Of a DNA stretch of 64,000 bases, positions 43,682 through 55,233 are shown piece after piece. This stretch comes from an uncultured Methanoregulaceae archaeon (GTDB lineage Archaea; Halobacteriota; Methanomicrobia; Methanomicrobiales; Methanospirillaceae), in the NCBI GenBank assembly GCA_963815065.1, contig CAWFFE010000006.1, positions 41,110 through 105,109 of the forward strand, in the 5' to 3' direction. How positions within the stretch are numbered: position 1 is the stretch's first letter; the number at the start of each line of letters is the position of its first letter. The notes under the pieces are model-generated. The model saw nothing but the letters and a program-made list of their open reading frames with translations. It had not been told where the DNA came from and did no database searches. Made by a program: the position numbers and the translations under genes.

Positions 43682-43909
43682 TCTCCATAGAAAAGTATTT
43701 TCGAAAATTCGAAGCCCCCCTTGCGCCATCCCTGCCCCCGTTGGGGGCGGGGGCGCTTATGATTCCTCTGTATTGTCGTGAAATCCCGATCCAGGTAATA
43801 CGGCATTATCGTGACTGGCCCGGTGGCGGGGCAAAGCCCCTGGAGCGTCATAAGGACGGAAGTTTTCTAAAGAGTTCTCTAGGACCAAATTTCAGGGCTT
43901 CAACAGAGC
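43682..43909. mobile_element. Degenerate second copy of the MITE-like element
   Basis: Shares gcccccc..gcgcca.ccctgcccccg..gggggcgggggcgctta, caggtaatacgg.attatcg, ggggc.aagcccc and terminal ttcaacagagc with 24182-24404. No clean TSD. Confidence 0.75.
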
Positions 43910-44016
43910 GCACGATTCCCAGAATCACCAGATGGGGAACACCGGCACGTTTCAAAAGTGGTTTCCTTCACCGTTCTGCCCTGTCACTTCCTGGCTTTGA
44001 AATGATCTGATAATAG

Positions 44017-45640
44017 TTACGGGAAACCGCCGTCGAGCCCGTCAGTGATCTTCGTTTTTCTCTCCTTGTTGAGCTCGTGTACGTCAGTCCTCGAACCTGT
44101 GGATCCTGGTGCTGACCGGAAAAGGGATGCCTATCGTGGAGATGAGCGCCTCGCCCCGGTCGAGGGTCTGGATCTCGATCTCCATCTTTGACAGGTCCTG
44201 TTTTGCACTGCCCATGATGATCTCACGGTCACCCTTGTCACCGAGGCCCATGACCACGAAGGTATTGATCTGGGCAAGCACCTTGGGATCCACGTTCTTC
44301 GGCTGCTGGGTGACGACGCAGAGGCCGACACCGAACTTCCGGCCTTCCATGGCACACTCACGGAAGACCTGGGTGGAGGAGCCACCCGAGGAAAGGACCC
44401 GCTGCGCCTCTTCGATGGTGATCAGGATCTGGTGGGATGATTCCTGGCGCTCGTCAATCCCGAACCCGCGGGCCTCGGAGCGGTGCTTTGCCATGATCAT
44501 CCGGGTGATGACCGAGAGGACGAAGAGCTCGCTCCGTTCGCCCATGTCCGGGATATCGACAAGGACAACATTGTTGTCATGGAGATCGGTGATAATCTCC
44601 TGCATGGAGGACCCCTGGGGACGGAAAAACGCCCTGTTTCCATTGACAAGGTTCTCGATGTGCCGCTTGATGACCCGGACCGGGCCGGCCATGGAGTTCC
44701 GGATCTGGTACATGAGGGTGTTTTCCCGCACGGACGAGGTCCCGGTATCCTTTATGGGAAAGATCTCCGGATCCACGTTTTCGAAGAAGTCAATGATCTC
44801 CTTCCCCCCCGCACGGGAGAGTGCCTCGATGATATCGTACTGGGGCTGGCTCAGGTCATGCAGGATGGAAAGGTCGCTGATCCGGAAGTCGTCATAGTCG
44901 AGGTAGAGCTTGTTCATGCCGTATTTTTTCCGGTCGGCCTCGCCCCGGATGGTGAAGATGGAAAGACCGTCCCTGCCGTTTGTGTAGTGGATCAGTCCTT
45001 TGGTGGGTTCACCGGTGGAGGACTTGCCACCGCTCACGTACTCGCCGTGGGGGTCGACGATAAGGAGCCCGAACTTCTTCTCCTTCATGCACGAGGCGCA
45101 GAAGGTCTTCATGAAATTGGACTTTCCCATGCCGGTGGTTGCAAAGACCCCCATGTGCTGGGGAAGGACCTTTGCGGGGATGCGGACAGCGACGTCTTTG
45201 ATAACGTCCTGGCCGCTCCGCATCAGGCCGACCTCGATCTCCCCCATCTGCCGGGTAAGGAACATAAAGTCATCGGCAGTCGGGTCCTCGACGGTGGAGA
45301 ACTTGGAGGGGATGGTGCGGGCCTTGTGGAATTTCCCGCCGGCATCGACAAAACCGAGCGGGACGGCATCGACCGTGATGAAGACATCCTCGCCAAGGCC
45401 GTAGAACTCCTCGCTGAACGGCCGGGTGTCCCATTTGGGGTCGGCGAAGTTACTGTCGTGCGAGAGATCCGTGATCTTGGCAAAGAAGGTCAGTCCCTTG
45501 GTCCTGTCGACGATCTTCTTGATGTCCCCGATGTAGAGCGTCTCGCTGTGCGGGGCGATGAAGCGATAGGAGAGTACGCTCCTGCCGGTCAGCCGGAATT
45601 TGGTTCGGTCCACGTTATCAATATCGTTCAAAGTCACCAT
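44017..45640 (-). CDS. herA: Bipolar DNA helicase/translocase HerA (extra base near 44085)
   Basis: N-terminal HAS-barrel-like region, HMGVFATTGMGKS, IVDPHGEY, IEEAQR, EGRKFGVGLCVVTQQP. C-terminus YVHELNKERK..DGGFP* lies in the shifted frame. Confidence 0.9.
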
Positions 45641-46647
45641 GTAAATCACCAAAAAGGTCTTCAAAGGCCCTGTGCTGTATTCCCTGTTTCGAGAGCCCTG
45701 ATTTAATGTCCTGCAGTATCTGCATCACCAGCGGTTCGTCGATGACGACCGTGCGGTGGGCGTCGAGGAGCGGGTAGGGATACCCGGGGATCCTCCCGTC
45801 ACCGGCGCACGCGGCGAGGGCCTGCATGGTTGCCGCCGCTGCACGATCGTCGGTTCCCTTGGGCAGCTCCATCTTCAGGGGCCTGCTGACCTGCGGGTGG
45901 AGTGAGGCAATATACAGTTCCCCGTGCCTTCCCGGGCTGTACCCGGCATGATCCGGGATATGGGGGTCGATCTTCGCCCACCAGGGACCGGTGATACCGA
46001 GGTGTCCTGCAAAACCCGCGATCGCCGGGAGCAGGGGGTGCCCGCCGCCCCATGTCGCACGGGTCCGTTTTGCCACGGCCGCGAGGAGGAGGTTGCGTTC
46101 CTGTGCCGTCCGGATGATATCGGACAGCACCGGTTCGTGGTTCTGGCTGGAGACCCTCAGGGCCCCGTCGAGGAGGAGGAGCGCTCCTTCCGGCAGCGTC
46201 TTTGCCGTCTGCAGGGCGACCCAGTACTCCAGCGTGTCGCGGAGGATGGCAGATGCCCGTTCGGGGTCTGCGTTGTCCAGCCCTTTGTGGGGCGGGGTGC
46301 CGAAGCATTCATGGTAGAGATCGTCAAAGTCGGTGTTGCGGTGACCCGGCCCGATGGTGACGAGTGTGAGGGGGGTGATGGATCGGCCGGAGCGGATGTT
46401 TCCGGCAAACGTTGTCCGCAGCCGCCCGGATAGCGGCGATGGCGACACTTCCCCCTTCGGCGATCATCGTGTTGCTCCCGTCGATTGCGCTCACGGTGCC
46501 GGAGGGGCCCGTATGAATCGGGTGAATATCGTCGTTGGTGATTCCGCTCTCACGGGCAAACCTTTCAACCAGATCTTCCGGGATGTGCCCGGTGATACTC
46601 CGGAGGGCCCTGTCCAGTGATTCCTCATAGGATGCAGGTGCGGTCAT
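45618..46647 (-). CDS. nurA: NurA 5'-3' nuclease (frameshift near 46425)
   Basis: AIDGS, LRDTLEY, LLLDGAL, AVAKRT, GYPYPLLDAH. Sits between rad50 and herA. Confidence 0.88.
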
Positions 46648-47003
46648 TCTCCCACTTCCCGTACCCGGCTCACCATGTCGGTGCCCATCTCGACGACGAG
46701 GGTATTGGCAAACTCCCCCTGCATCTCGGCGATGTGGGAGATGAGGATGATCTGCGGGAACCGTGATTCCTGCGTTCGCAGGCTGGTCAGGAGGCTGGTC
46801 CTCCGTTCTTCGTCCTGGCTCCCGAAGATCTCATCGAAGATCAGCAGCGTGCTCTCGCGCACGTTATGGAGTTCGGCGAGATACCGTGACAGGGCGATCC
46901 TCAGGGCAACGGCGATGTCGTCCTGCTCCCCCCCGCTGAAGCGGTCGATGGCATAGTCATCGTCGACGTCCCGCACGAGCAGGTTGAAGTCCTCGTCCCA
47001 AGC
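46644..47003 (-). pseudogene. rad50: C-terminal ~120-aa fragment of archaeal Rad50
   Basis: Signature FSGGEQ..ALRIAL, Walker B/D-loop LIFDEIFGSQD, H-loop LISH, ATGA overlap with nurA. No Walker A or coiled coil upstream; sequence turns AT-rich at ~47003. Confidence 0.85.
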
Positions 47004-47136
47004 TAATATACTGCAATCGGTCATTTTTTCTACGCTGAGTGGTTGCATTGAATCCTGTCATAAAAGGATAAATAATTCACCAGTGACGATCAATTAAAAA
47101 TTGTAGTAGATATCTCTGTGCAAATGTGTTTTTTCT

Positions 47137-48365
47137 ATGAAGATCCTCCATTCCTCCGACTGGCACCTAGGTAGCTCACTTTATGGGCATAAGAGATATG
47201 AAGAGTTTGAGGCTTTTTTAATTTGGTTGGCTCAGTCATTACAAAAGGAACAGATTGATGTGCTTATTATTGCCGGAGATATCTTTGATACAAGCACACC
47301 GAGTAACCGGGCAATGGGACTTTATTATCAATTGCTCAACATGGTTACTTCAATACCAGGTCTTCAGATTATTATAACTGCAGGCAATCACGATTCCCCC
47401 TCTCTGATTAACGCGCCGCAACAGCTCCTGAAACATCTTCATATTCACGTTATAGGATCGATTCCGGAGAATCCTGAAAATGAGATCCTCGTAATCAATG
47501 ATTACCAGGGCCAACCGTCACTTATTGTCTGTGCGGTGCCATACCTCCGAGACCGGGATATCCGACTTTCCGAACCAGGCGAAAGTATTGAGGACAAAAC
47601 ACGGAAACTTGAGAATGGTGTGCAGAACCATTATCAGCAGGTTGCCAGGATTGCCAAAGCAAAGCGGGAAGAACTTGGTGGAAATATTCCGATTATTGCT
47701 ACGGGTCATCTATTTGTTTCAGGAGGAAAAACCGTCGAAGGAGATGGCGTCCGTGAACTCTATGTTGGAAACCTTGCACGGATCCGGGCGGAAAACCTGT
47801 GTGACGGGATTGATTATCTCGCGCTCGGGCATCTCCATGTTCCACAAATAGTCTCCGGTAAAGATACAATGCGATATTGCGGATCGCCAATTGCCCTTGG
47901 ATTTGGGGACGCCGGGCAGCAAAAACAAGTCGTGATCGTTGAGTTTGGATCTGGGGAACCAGTAATTCGTATGTACTGGTGCCAAAGTTTCGGGATATTC
48001 GGACTTTAAAAGGGGATATCAGCACTGTTGAAAATGAAATTAAGGCTCTTCTTAAACTCGACCATCAGGTTTGGATTGAAGTGATCTTTTCCGGGGGGCT
48101 TTCCGCTTCAACTGTACAAACTCAACTTCGCGAGCTTACTGATGGGACAAATGTCGTGCTCATACGGACAAAGCCCCTGGATGCGGGAAATTTTGAATTC
48201 AAGCCTGATGAAGAAAGCGAATCCCTCGAAGACCTTTCCGTGATGGACGTATTCCAACGCTGCTTGGATTGCAAGAATATTCCCACGGAAGATCGGCGAG
48301 AACTGATGTATGCATTTGCGGAGATCCTTCATGGATTAGACGAAGAGGATACACTCGCTGAGTGA
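47137..48365 (+). CDS. sbcD: Bacterial-type exonuclease SbcD (Mre11 family), frameshift near 47975
   Basis: HSSDWHLG, IAGDIFD, AGNHDS, VPYLRDRD, TGHLF, DYLALGHLH, RYCGSP. SbcD C-terminal domain in ORF 47979-48365. Confidence 0.9.
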
Positions 48366-48373
48366 GGATGAAG

Positions 48374-51300
48374 ATGCGTATCCAGTCACTTCGGTTTAAA
48401 AACCTGAATTCTCTTGCTGGTGAGTGGAAGATCGATTTTACCGATCCTGAATATGTATCGTCTGGCATCTTTGCGATAACCGGGCCTACTGGAGCGGGGA
48501 AAGAGTACGATCCTTGATGCGATCTGTCTTGCATTATATGGCCACACACCCCGATTGGGGAAGATCACAAGTAAAAATGCGGGTGAACTCATGTCACGCC
48601 ATACCGGAGAATTTTTTTCTGAAGTTGAATTCGTGTCCGACAAAGGACATTTCCGGTGCATGTGGAGTCAGCGGCGGGCAGACAAAAAGCAGGATGGGAA
48701 ACTACAACTCGCGAAGCATGAGATTGTCGATGCCATAACAAGAAAGCCCGTTCAAACAGGCAAGACGGCAGTGAATCAAAAAATCATCGAAATCATCGGT
48801 CTTGATTACCAGCAGTTCACCAGGTCAATTCTCCTCGCACAGGGGGATTTCGCCACATTTCTTGATGCAAAGTCAGACGAACGCGGGACAATTCTTGAAA
48901 CGATAACTGGTACGGAAATTTATGGCGAGATCTCGATAAAAGTCCACGAGCGATTTGGACGGGAAAAAGCACTGCTCTGGACGAGTTAACAAGAGTCAAG
49001 AATATTGGGATAATGACAGCGGAACAGGCCGTTGCGTTTCGGAGAGAGAAAAAGGAGAATGAAAAAGAGATACTAAAGATCTCCGCACACTCTAAAGGTC
49101 TTGAAGAATCATTTGCATGGCTGGATTTCATAGGAGCGCTTGAATCGGAAGTATTGGGTCTGCAGCGACAACAACTTGCGCTGTCAGAAGAAAGGAAGCC
49201 AAAAAAGACCTGGATGCCCTTCACCTTGCCCGAAAAGCCCGGGACTTTGAAAGGGTCTATTCCGGGCTCTCTACAACGCGATCAACAGGAAAAGGAAATC
49301 TGCAAAAGAATGCACATGAGAATAAATCTTCAAGGGATTTTCTACTGCATACACAAATGCATTTGATGCTTTTTTGTCTGCCCAGGAACGACGGACTGCA
49401 ATTGAAGAGAAACGAAAGGATGATGACTGATCAGGCACGTCCGAGTTCTCGATACCCAAATCCGGAAACCGGGGCGAAACGGAAAGAACGCGAGAAGAAA
49501 AAGACCGGTTTGAAGAAGAGTGTGGGAAATATAGGCAGGCCATTCTGTCAGCAGAATCCCAGTTGAAAGAGATCCGGCAGGAGCCTTTCCACCGCAACAT
49601 TATATCTGAATGCACACCCTCGGGACAATAAACTGATTGAGTCTCTTTCGGGGATTGAATCCGCCGTCCAGCAGATAAATATTATCCATGAGAAAACTGA
49701 AGAGAAGAAAATTGAACTGAATGACACGGAGAAAACGCTTTCCGATGCTGAACAAAGCCTCCTGATAAGAAAAAAAGAGATGGACAATCTTTCAAATAAG
49801 GGGTGGTGTGCGATAACTGAAGCAGAACGGATCAAAAAAGCACTTGTGGATATTACCGGGGGGCAAGACATTTCGGGCACCACGGGGGCTCACGGACAAA
49901 GTGAAAGACTATCACGACCGGCTCCGGTTGTTCTCGATTCCGTCTCCCGTATTGAAGAAGAGACTTCCGAATATCAGAAACATGGCGAAAAAATAACATC
50001 TATTCTTACAGAACGGACAGGAACAGAACAGCAAGCATGGTAATGATCGCAAAAAGAAGAAGGACAAAACGCACAACTCGTAAAACTTGCCGAAGAAAAA
50101 TTATTCCTGCAGGCACGGGTAAAAACTCTCGAAAAAGAACGGGAACACCTTATGTAAGGGACTCCCTGCCCTCTTTGCGGTTCGATCGATTATCAGTGAG
50201 GTACTGGGGGCAATGCCAGTCCTGGATAACGCAGAGCAGGAACTTAATACGCACAAAAAAGCGCGTGAAATATTGCATAAAAATATTCGGCAAAGTGAAG
50301 CAAAACTCGCAGCACTCGATGCGGAGGTCCAGGGCATAGAATCTGTCCGTAAATTCTCCGGGAGAAGATAAAGATGGCAACAACAGAGTTTCAACGGGAA
50401 TGCAATGATCTTGGTCTTGTGACCACCGGGACTGATTTGAAGCCAGCGATCGCTGCTGCGTTTGATGAATACAGGGAAAGGCTTGAAAAAGCCCGGGCAG
50501 AAACCCTGAATCATGCAGAAGAGAAAGAACGGGAGATCCTGTGCGCTGAAGACCTTATTACACGGGAGAAAAGTGAGTTGAACTTGATGCCCAAAGAGAT
50601 TATGACAAGGCCATGTCCTACCGCGATACCAAAATCAGGGATATGAACCGCATAATTAATGAGATTGCTGCGACTGACGCAGAATACCGACGACAAAAAG
50701 GGGCGATTCTCAATGCTTTGCAGGAATACGATATCATTGTATTCAGTGCTCATACCATGGCTGAAGAAATCCTGACCGAGCTGAGGGAGTCGCCGTGATG
50801 GATATGCCACAAACCGGTCACAAATAAACAGGAATTGGAAGATCTCACAACAGCGCTTAAGGGACAGAAGTAGAAAGAAACATCTCACTTATTTCGGGAG
50901 CGGAAAAAAATCTCAAAAGTATATCTGAAATCCTGTCTAAGAGTTTATGAGGATTTTAAAACGTCTTCGGCTGAATGCTGAGAACTTTATGGTGAAAAGG
51001 ACCCGACTGTCGAAGTGATCTGAGCGTGACAGGAAGGTAGAAGATGCAAAAAAAAAATTGTCCGAAGCAAATGAGACAAAAAGCCTTGCTGATAAACAGA
51101 AAAGTTCCTGTGAAGACCAGATCCATACTCTTGCCGAAAAAATCACCCGTTCGTATCTCGGTGCTCCAGGAAAAAGAGCAGGAATTTTTCAGGGTTCTTG
51201 CCCTATTTGTTTTCAGCCCATGAAAATCACTTCATTTCAGCCAGGCTTCCTTCAGATAAACTTTCTGAACTGGAACAGTTTGAAACAGATCTCATGCACG

Positions 51301-52068
51301 AAGAAACCAGGATCTTGACCTGGTTCCGGTGAAAAATCCTCAAAACTTGCTGGAGAACAAAAGGCGCATGCTAACGACCACAAAGCGTGAAGATCTTTTA
51401 ACCGATATTGAGATTCAAAAAAATCGGATGACTGAACTCCAGATCGATATCGGGCGGCTAAAGACAAATCTTGAACAATACGATGCACAGGTTGCGAAAT
51501 ACCAAACCCTCAAATAAAGAGATTATTCAAACAGAAAAAAGAATGTGCAAAGTGGCAGAAACTCCACGATCTTATCGGCTCTGCTGACGGCAAAAAGTTC
51601 AAGATTTTTGCACAGGGGCTGACATTTGAGAACTGTGGTTGTGCAGGCCAACCGACACCTCCAGACTATGAGTGACCGTTATCTCCTTATACGAAATAAG
51701 GATTCCCCGCTCGATCTGGATATTATGGACAATTACCAGGCCCGGGAAATCCGTACGACAAAGAACCTGTCCGGTGGGGAGAGGTTTCTTGTAAGTCTCG
51801 CGCTTGCACTCGGTCTTTCCGGGACTGGCAAGCCGCAATGTCAGAATCGATTCTCTGTTTCTTGATGAAGGATTCGGAAACGCTTGATGAAGATACCCTT
51901 GAGACTGCACTTGAGACGCTCTCATCGCTTCACGGGAAGGAAAAATCATTGAATCCTCTCCCATGTTTCAGCAATAAAAGAGAGGATAGCGGTACAGATC
52001 CGGATTGAAAAGATTGGGGGCGGAAGGAGCCGGTGATATCGGCCCAGGATGTTCGGGCCAAAAAGTAA
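48374..52068 (+). CDS. sbcC: Bacterial-type SbcC ATPase, heavily fragmented by indels
   Basis: FKNLNSL, FAITGPTGAGK, QFTRSILLAQGDF, zinc hook PCPLCGS (~50165), LIGSADGKKF, NLSGGERFLVSLALALGL, LFLDEGFG. Spread over many short ORFs. Confidence 0.85.
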
Positions 52069-52128
52069 ATTGAAAAAACAGGAATCACATATTTAACATT
52101 CAGCGAATGCACATTTACCGTCATCTGC

Positions 52129-55100
52129 ATGAACACTCACGATATTATTTTTGGACTTCCCGGGGATAATCTGGAAACAGTAATCGACATTTTGTTTCCG
52201 CTGCAAAGGAAGATCCCTTCGCAAGTTGGCTTTTCTTCCCACTCAGCGCCTTGTCGTGAATGTAACGAACACTTTGATGGGGAATACTATCCCCTTCATA
52301 TCTTCCCGAATCTGTACACTCGATGGATTTTGTAAAGTTCTGTTCGAAGAAAACCAGACAACTGAGCGATTCATCCCGAAAGGTGAATCGAAGCTGCTGC
52401 TCACGAAAGTCCTGACGGATCTTGCAAAGGAGGTTCCGCTCTTTGTTCCATGCGATCGCCCGTCGTCAGGCACGATCGATGATCTCATGACATTCATGAA
52501 TGTCACGCTGACACGGAAGGTTCCGTTCCCTGAATGCCTCCTGGATCTTGAGAGCGAGAAAAGCCGGAGCTTGACATGATTATCACAGAATACCGCAGAC
52601 AATTGGGGGAATCGGATCTTGTGGATAGCGATACGATCCTTGAACGGACGATCGATCACCTGAATCACTCGGGCACATCCTCGCTCGGTACGGTATTTGT
52701 CTACGGTTTCCACGACCTCCTGCCTCTTGAACAGGATCTCTTCGATGCGGTACGGGACCTCACTGAAAAAGTCCATTTCTATGTTCCTGATGGTATCGAT
52801 CCGAATATTTTCAAAAGCCGGGCTGCTGAAGGAAACCAGTCCGGATCTCAGCCAGTACTAGATCCATCATCTTTACAGTCACAGATAACCGGCCTTTTCT
52901 CGGAATCTAGGATACTCAAGTCCGGAGATTTTTCAGGTACAGTCATTTCCTTCACGCTATACGGAAGTATACAGTATCGCAGCCGAGATCAGCCGGTTGA
53001 ATGGCCGCGGGATTCCTCTTTCCGATATTGCCGTTGTTTTTCCCGCTCTTCGCGATGAACTTGGACTTATAGAGGAGGTCTTTTCTGATTCGGGATACCC
53101 TGGAATGCAGCAGTCGGTCCCCGGCTTTCACCAACCGGTTGTTCAGTTTTTCCTGGAGATCGCCAACCTCGTCGCTAACGGGTATGCACGCGAAAATATT
53201 ATCCGGTTGATCAGGAACCCGTTTTTCCGGAGAGGGCAGGTTCCCGGGGGATCGACATGTCTGGATGCTGCCGAAGTTGACCTCGTTTCCCGGTATGCCG
53301 GGATTGACGGGCCCTATCCGGAGTGGAAGAAACAACTGGCCTGGCTTCATCAGGAATTAGTGGATCCTGAAAAAGGGAAGAACTTCCGGGGAATCTCACT
53401 CCATTCCGTTGAACGTGTTCAGGAAGGAATGGAAATTCTACTCAATAATCTCGATCTCCTTTCCAAAAAGAAACGACTCCGTGATCATATCAAAGATTTT
53501 CAGGGATTTCTAAACTTATGGGACATCCCGTACTTGTTCGCCGCACCGAATGAGCACCTGAAGGAACAGGAGAATCCGGATCAATAAAAAATTCCAATCC
53601 CGTTTTGAAAATCTGGCCCGGATCGCATGGATGCCGATAGATGATCCCATCACTGCACAGGATTTTTCCCGGCTTATCTCTGCGATCGCAGAAGAGCCGG
53701 ATAATGCCAGCCGGCAGGATGAGGACGGTGTTACCGTACTCGGTTTCCGTGAATGCCCTCACATGAAGTTTCCCGTGGTCTTCATTGGCGGGTTGGTTGA
53801 AGGCGTCTTTCCCAGTCTGACAACCCGGCTTCCCTTCACAAACTCTCTTGAGAATGCCCGCATGGGAACCCGTTCGCTCACCGAGATCCTCCGGGAAGAA
53901 CAATATTATTTCATTGCAGCCCTGCTCTCCGCACAGAAGATGGTGTACCTGAGTGCCCCTCTTGCCGATGGGGAAAAAATATTGCTCACCTCAGCATTTT
54001 TCGAGCGGGCCCGGATGAGGATCGGCGAATGCCCATGGCCTGTTTCGACAGAAAATTCTATTACATCCCGGCGGACTACAGCGATTGACGCGGGGAAAGG
54101 GATTCGTGATGAGAAGCTTGCACCGTCCTCAACCTCGATCCCGGATTCTCTGGGTATCAGTGATTTAATCCAACGCATCAACATGGAACGGTATTACCGG
54201 AGGGGCGAATGCGATTCACCATATGACGGAATACTTTTCGGGGATGAAACGATCGGAACCGTTCTTGCCGGGCAATATGGTCCGGATCATGTCTGGTCCC
54301 CGACAAGCCTTGAAACCTATGCAACATGTCCTTTCGCATATTTCCTGAACAGGGTTATTGGTCTTGAAGCATTGCCGGAAGTGGAGCCGAACCTCTCGGC
54401 AAGCGATCGAGGAACCGCTATTCACACTATCCTTACTATATTTTACCGGCAATGGAATGATGCCGGTAATAGAAAGGTCAGTCCCTCATCGCTTACTGAT
54501 GCAACGGAAATGATTCTCCATCTGGCAAATACCGAACTGGAGAAGTATTCCTTCCAGAGCCCGCTCTGGGATGCGACAAAGATCCTGATGCTTGGGGACC
54601 GTCATACAGGTCCCGGGTATTTTGAACGGTTCCTTGAAAATGAAACGCTGGAAGCGGACTCGCCACTTGTTCCTTCACGCTTCGAGTTCTCCTTTGGCAT
54701 GGGGGCCGAGGAGTCGGATGATCCCACATCATCACCGGAAGCGGTTGAACTCACATCACCCGATGGGACGATGCGACTGCGCATACGGGGCCGGATAGAC
54801 CGTGTAGATATCACTCCTGAGGGAAAGTTCCTCATCTATGATTACAAGTCCGGCAGGGAGCATCCCAAGGTAAAGGATATCGAGGCCGGAACTGCCCTGC
54901 AGCTGCCGCTCTACCTGCTTGCCTTCGAGCAGATGACCGGCTCGCACGGGATAGGCGGGGGGTATTATAAAATCCGGCGCGATGTGGAGCGGAATATTGT
55001 CCTTGCTGACACATCAGCCAAAGATCTTCTGGTCTCCCGGCTCCGGCCATCTACGGACTTTCCTGGTATGATCCAGCACTCACGGGAATGTGCCTTCGCA

Positions 55101-55232
55101 TACATCGACGGGATTCGAAACGGGCGGTTCCCGCTTCCCTCAGGAGAGAAATGCCCGAACGAGTATTGTGACTTCAAACGGATCTGCCGTTTCAATCCGT
55201 ACCGGGTTTTGGAGACCGGTGAGGAGACCTGA
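52129..55232 (+). CDS. addB: AddB-like subunit: inactive helicase scaffold plus PD-(D/E)XK nuclease with Fe-S staple (several frameshifts)
   Basis: SDIAVVF, VFIGGLVEGVFP, WSPTSLETYATCPF, RGTAIH, RGRIDRVD, YDYKSG, LQLPLY, CPNEYCDFKRIC. Confidence 0.8.
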
Positions 55233-55233
55233 C

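Noticed and set aside
53631-55232. Cas4 nuclease
   Set aside because: It has the same Fe-S staple fold, but it is the C-terminus of a ~1,000-aa protein directly upstream of a UvrD helicase-nuclease, which fits AddB, and there is no CRISPR context.
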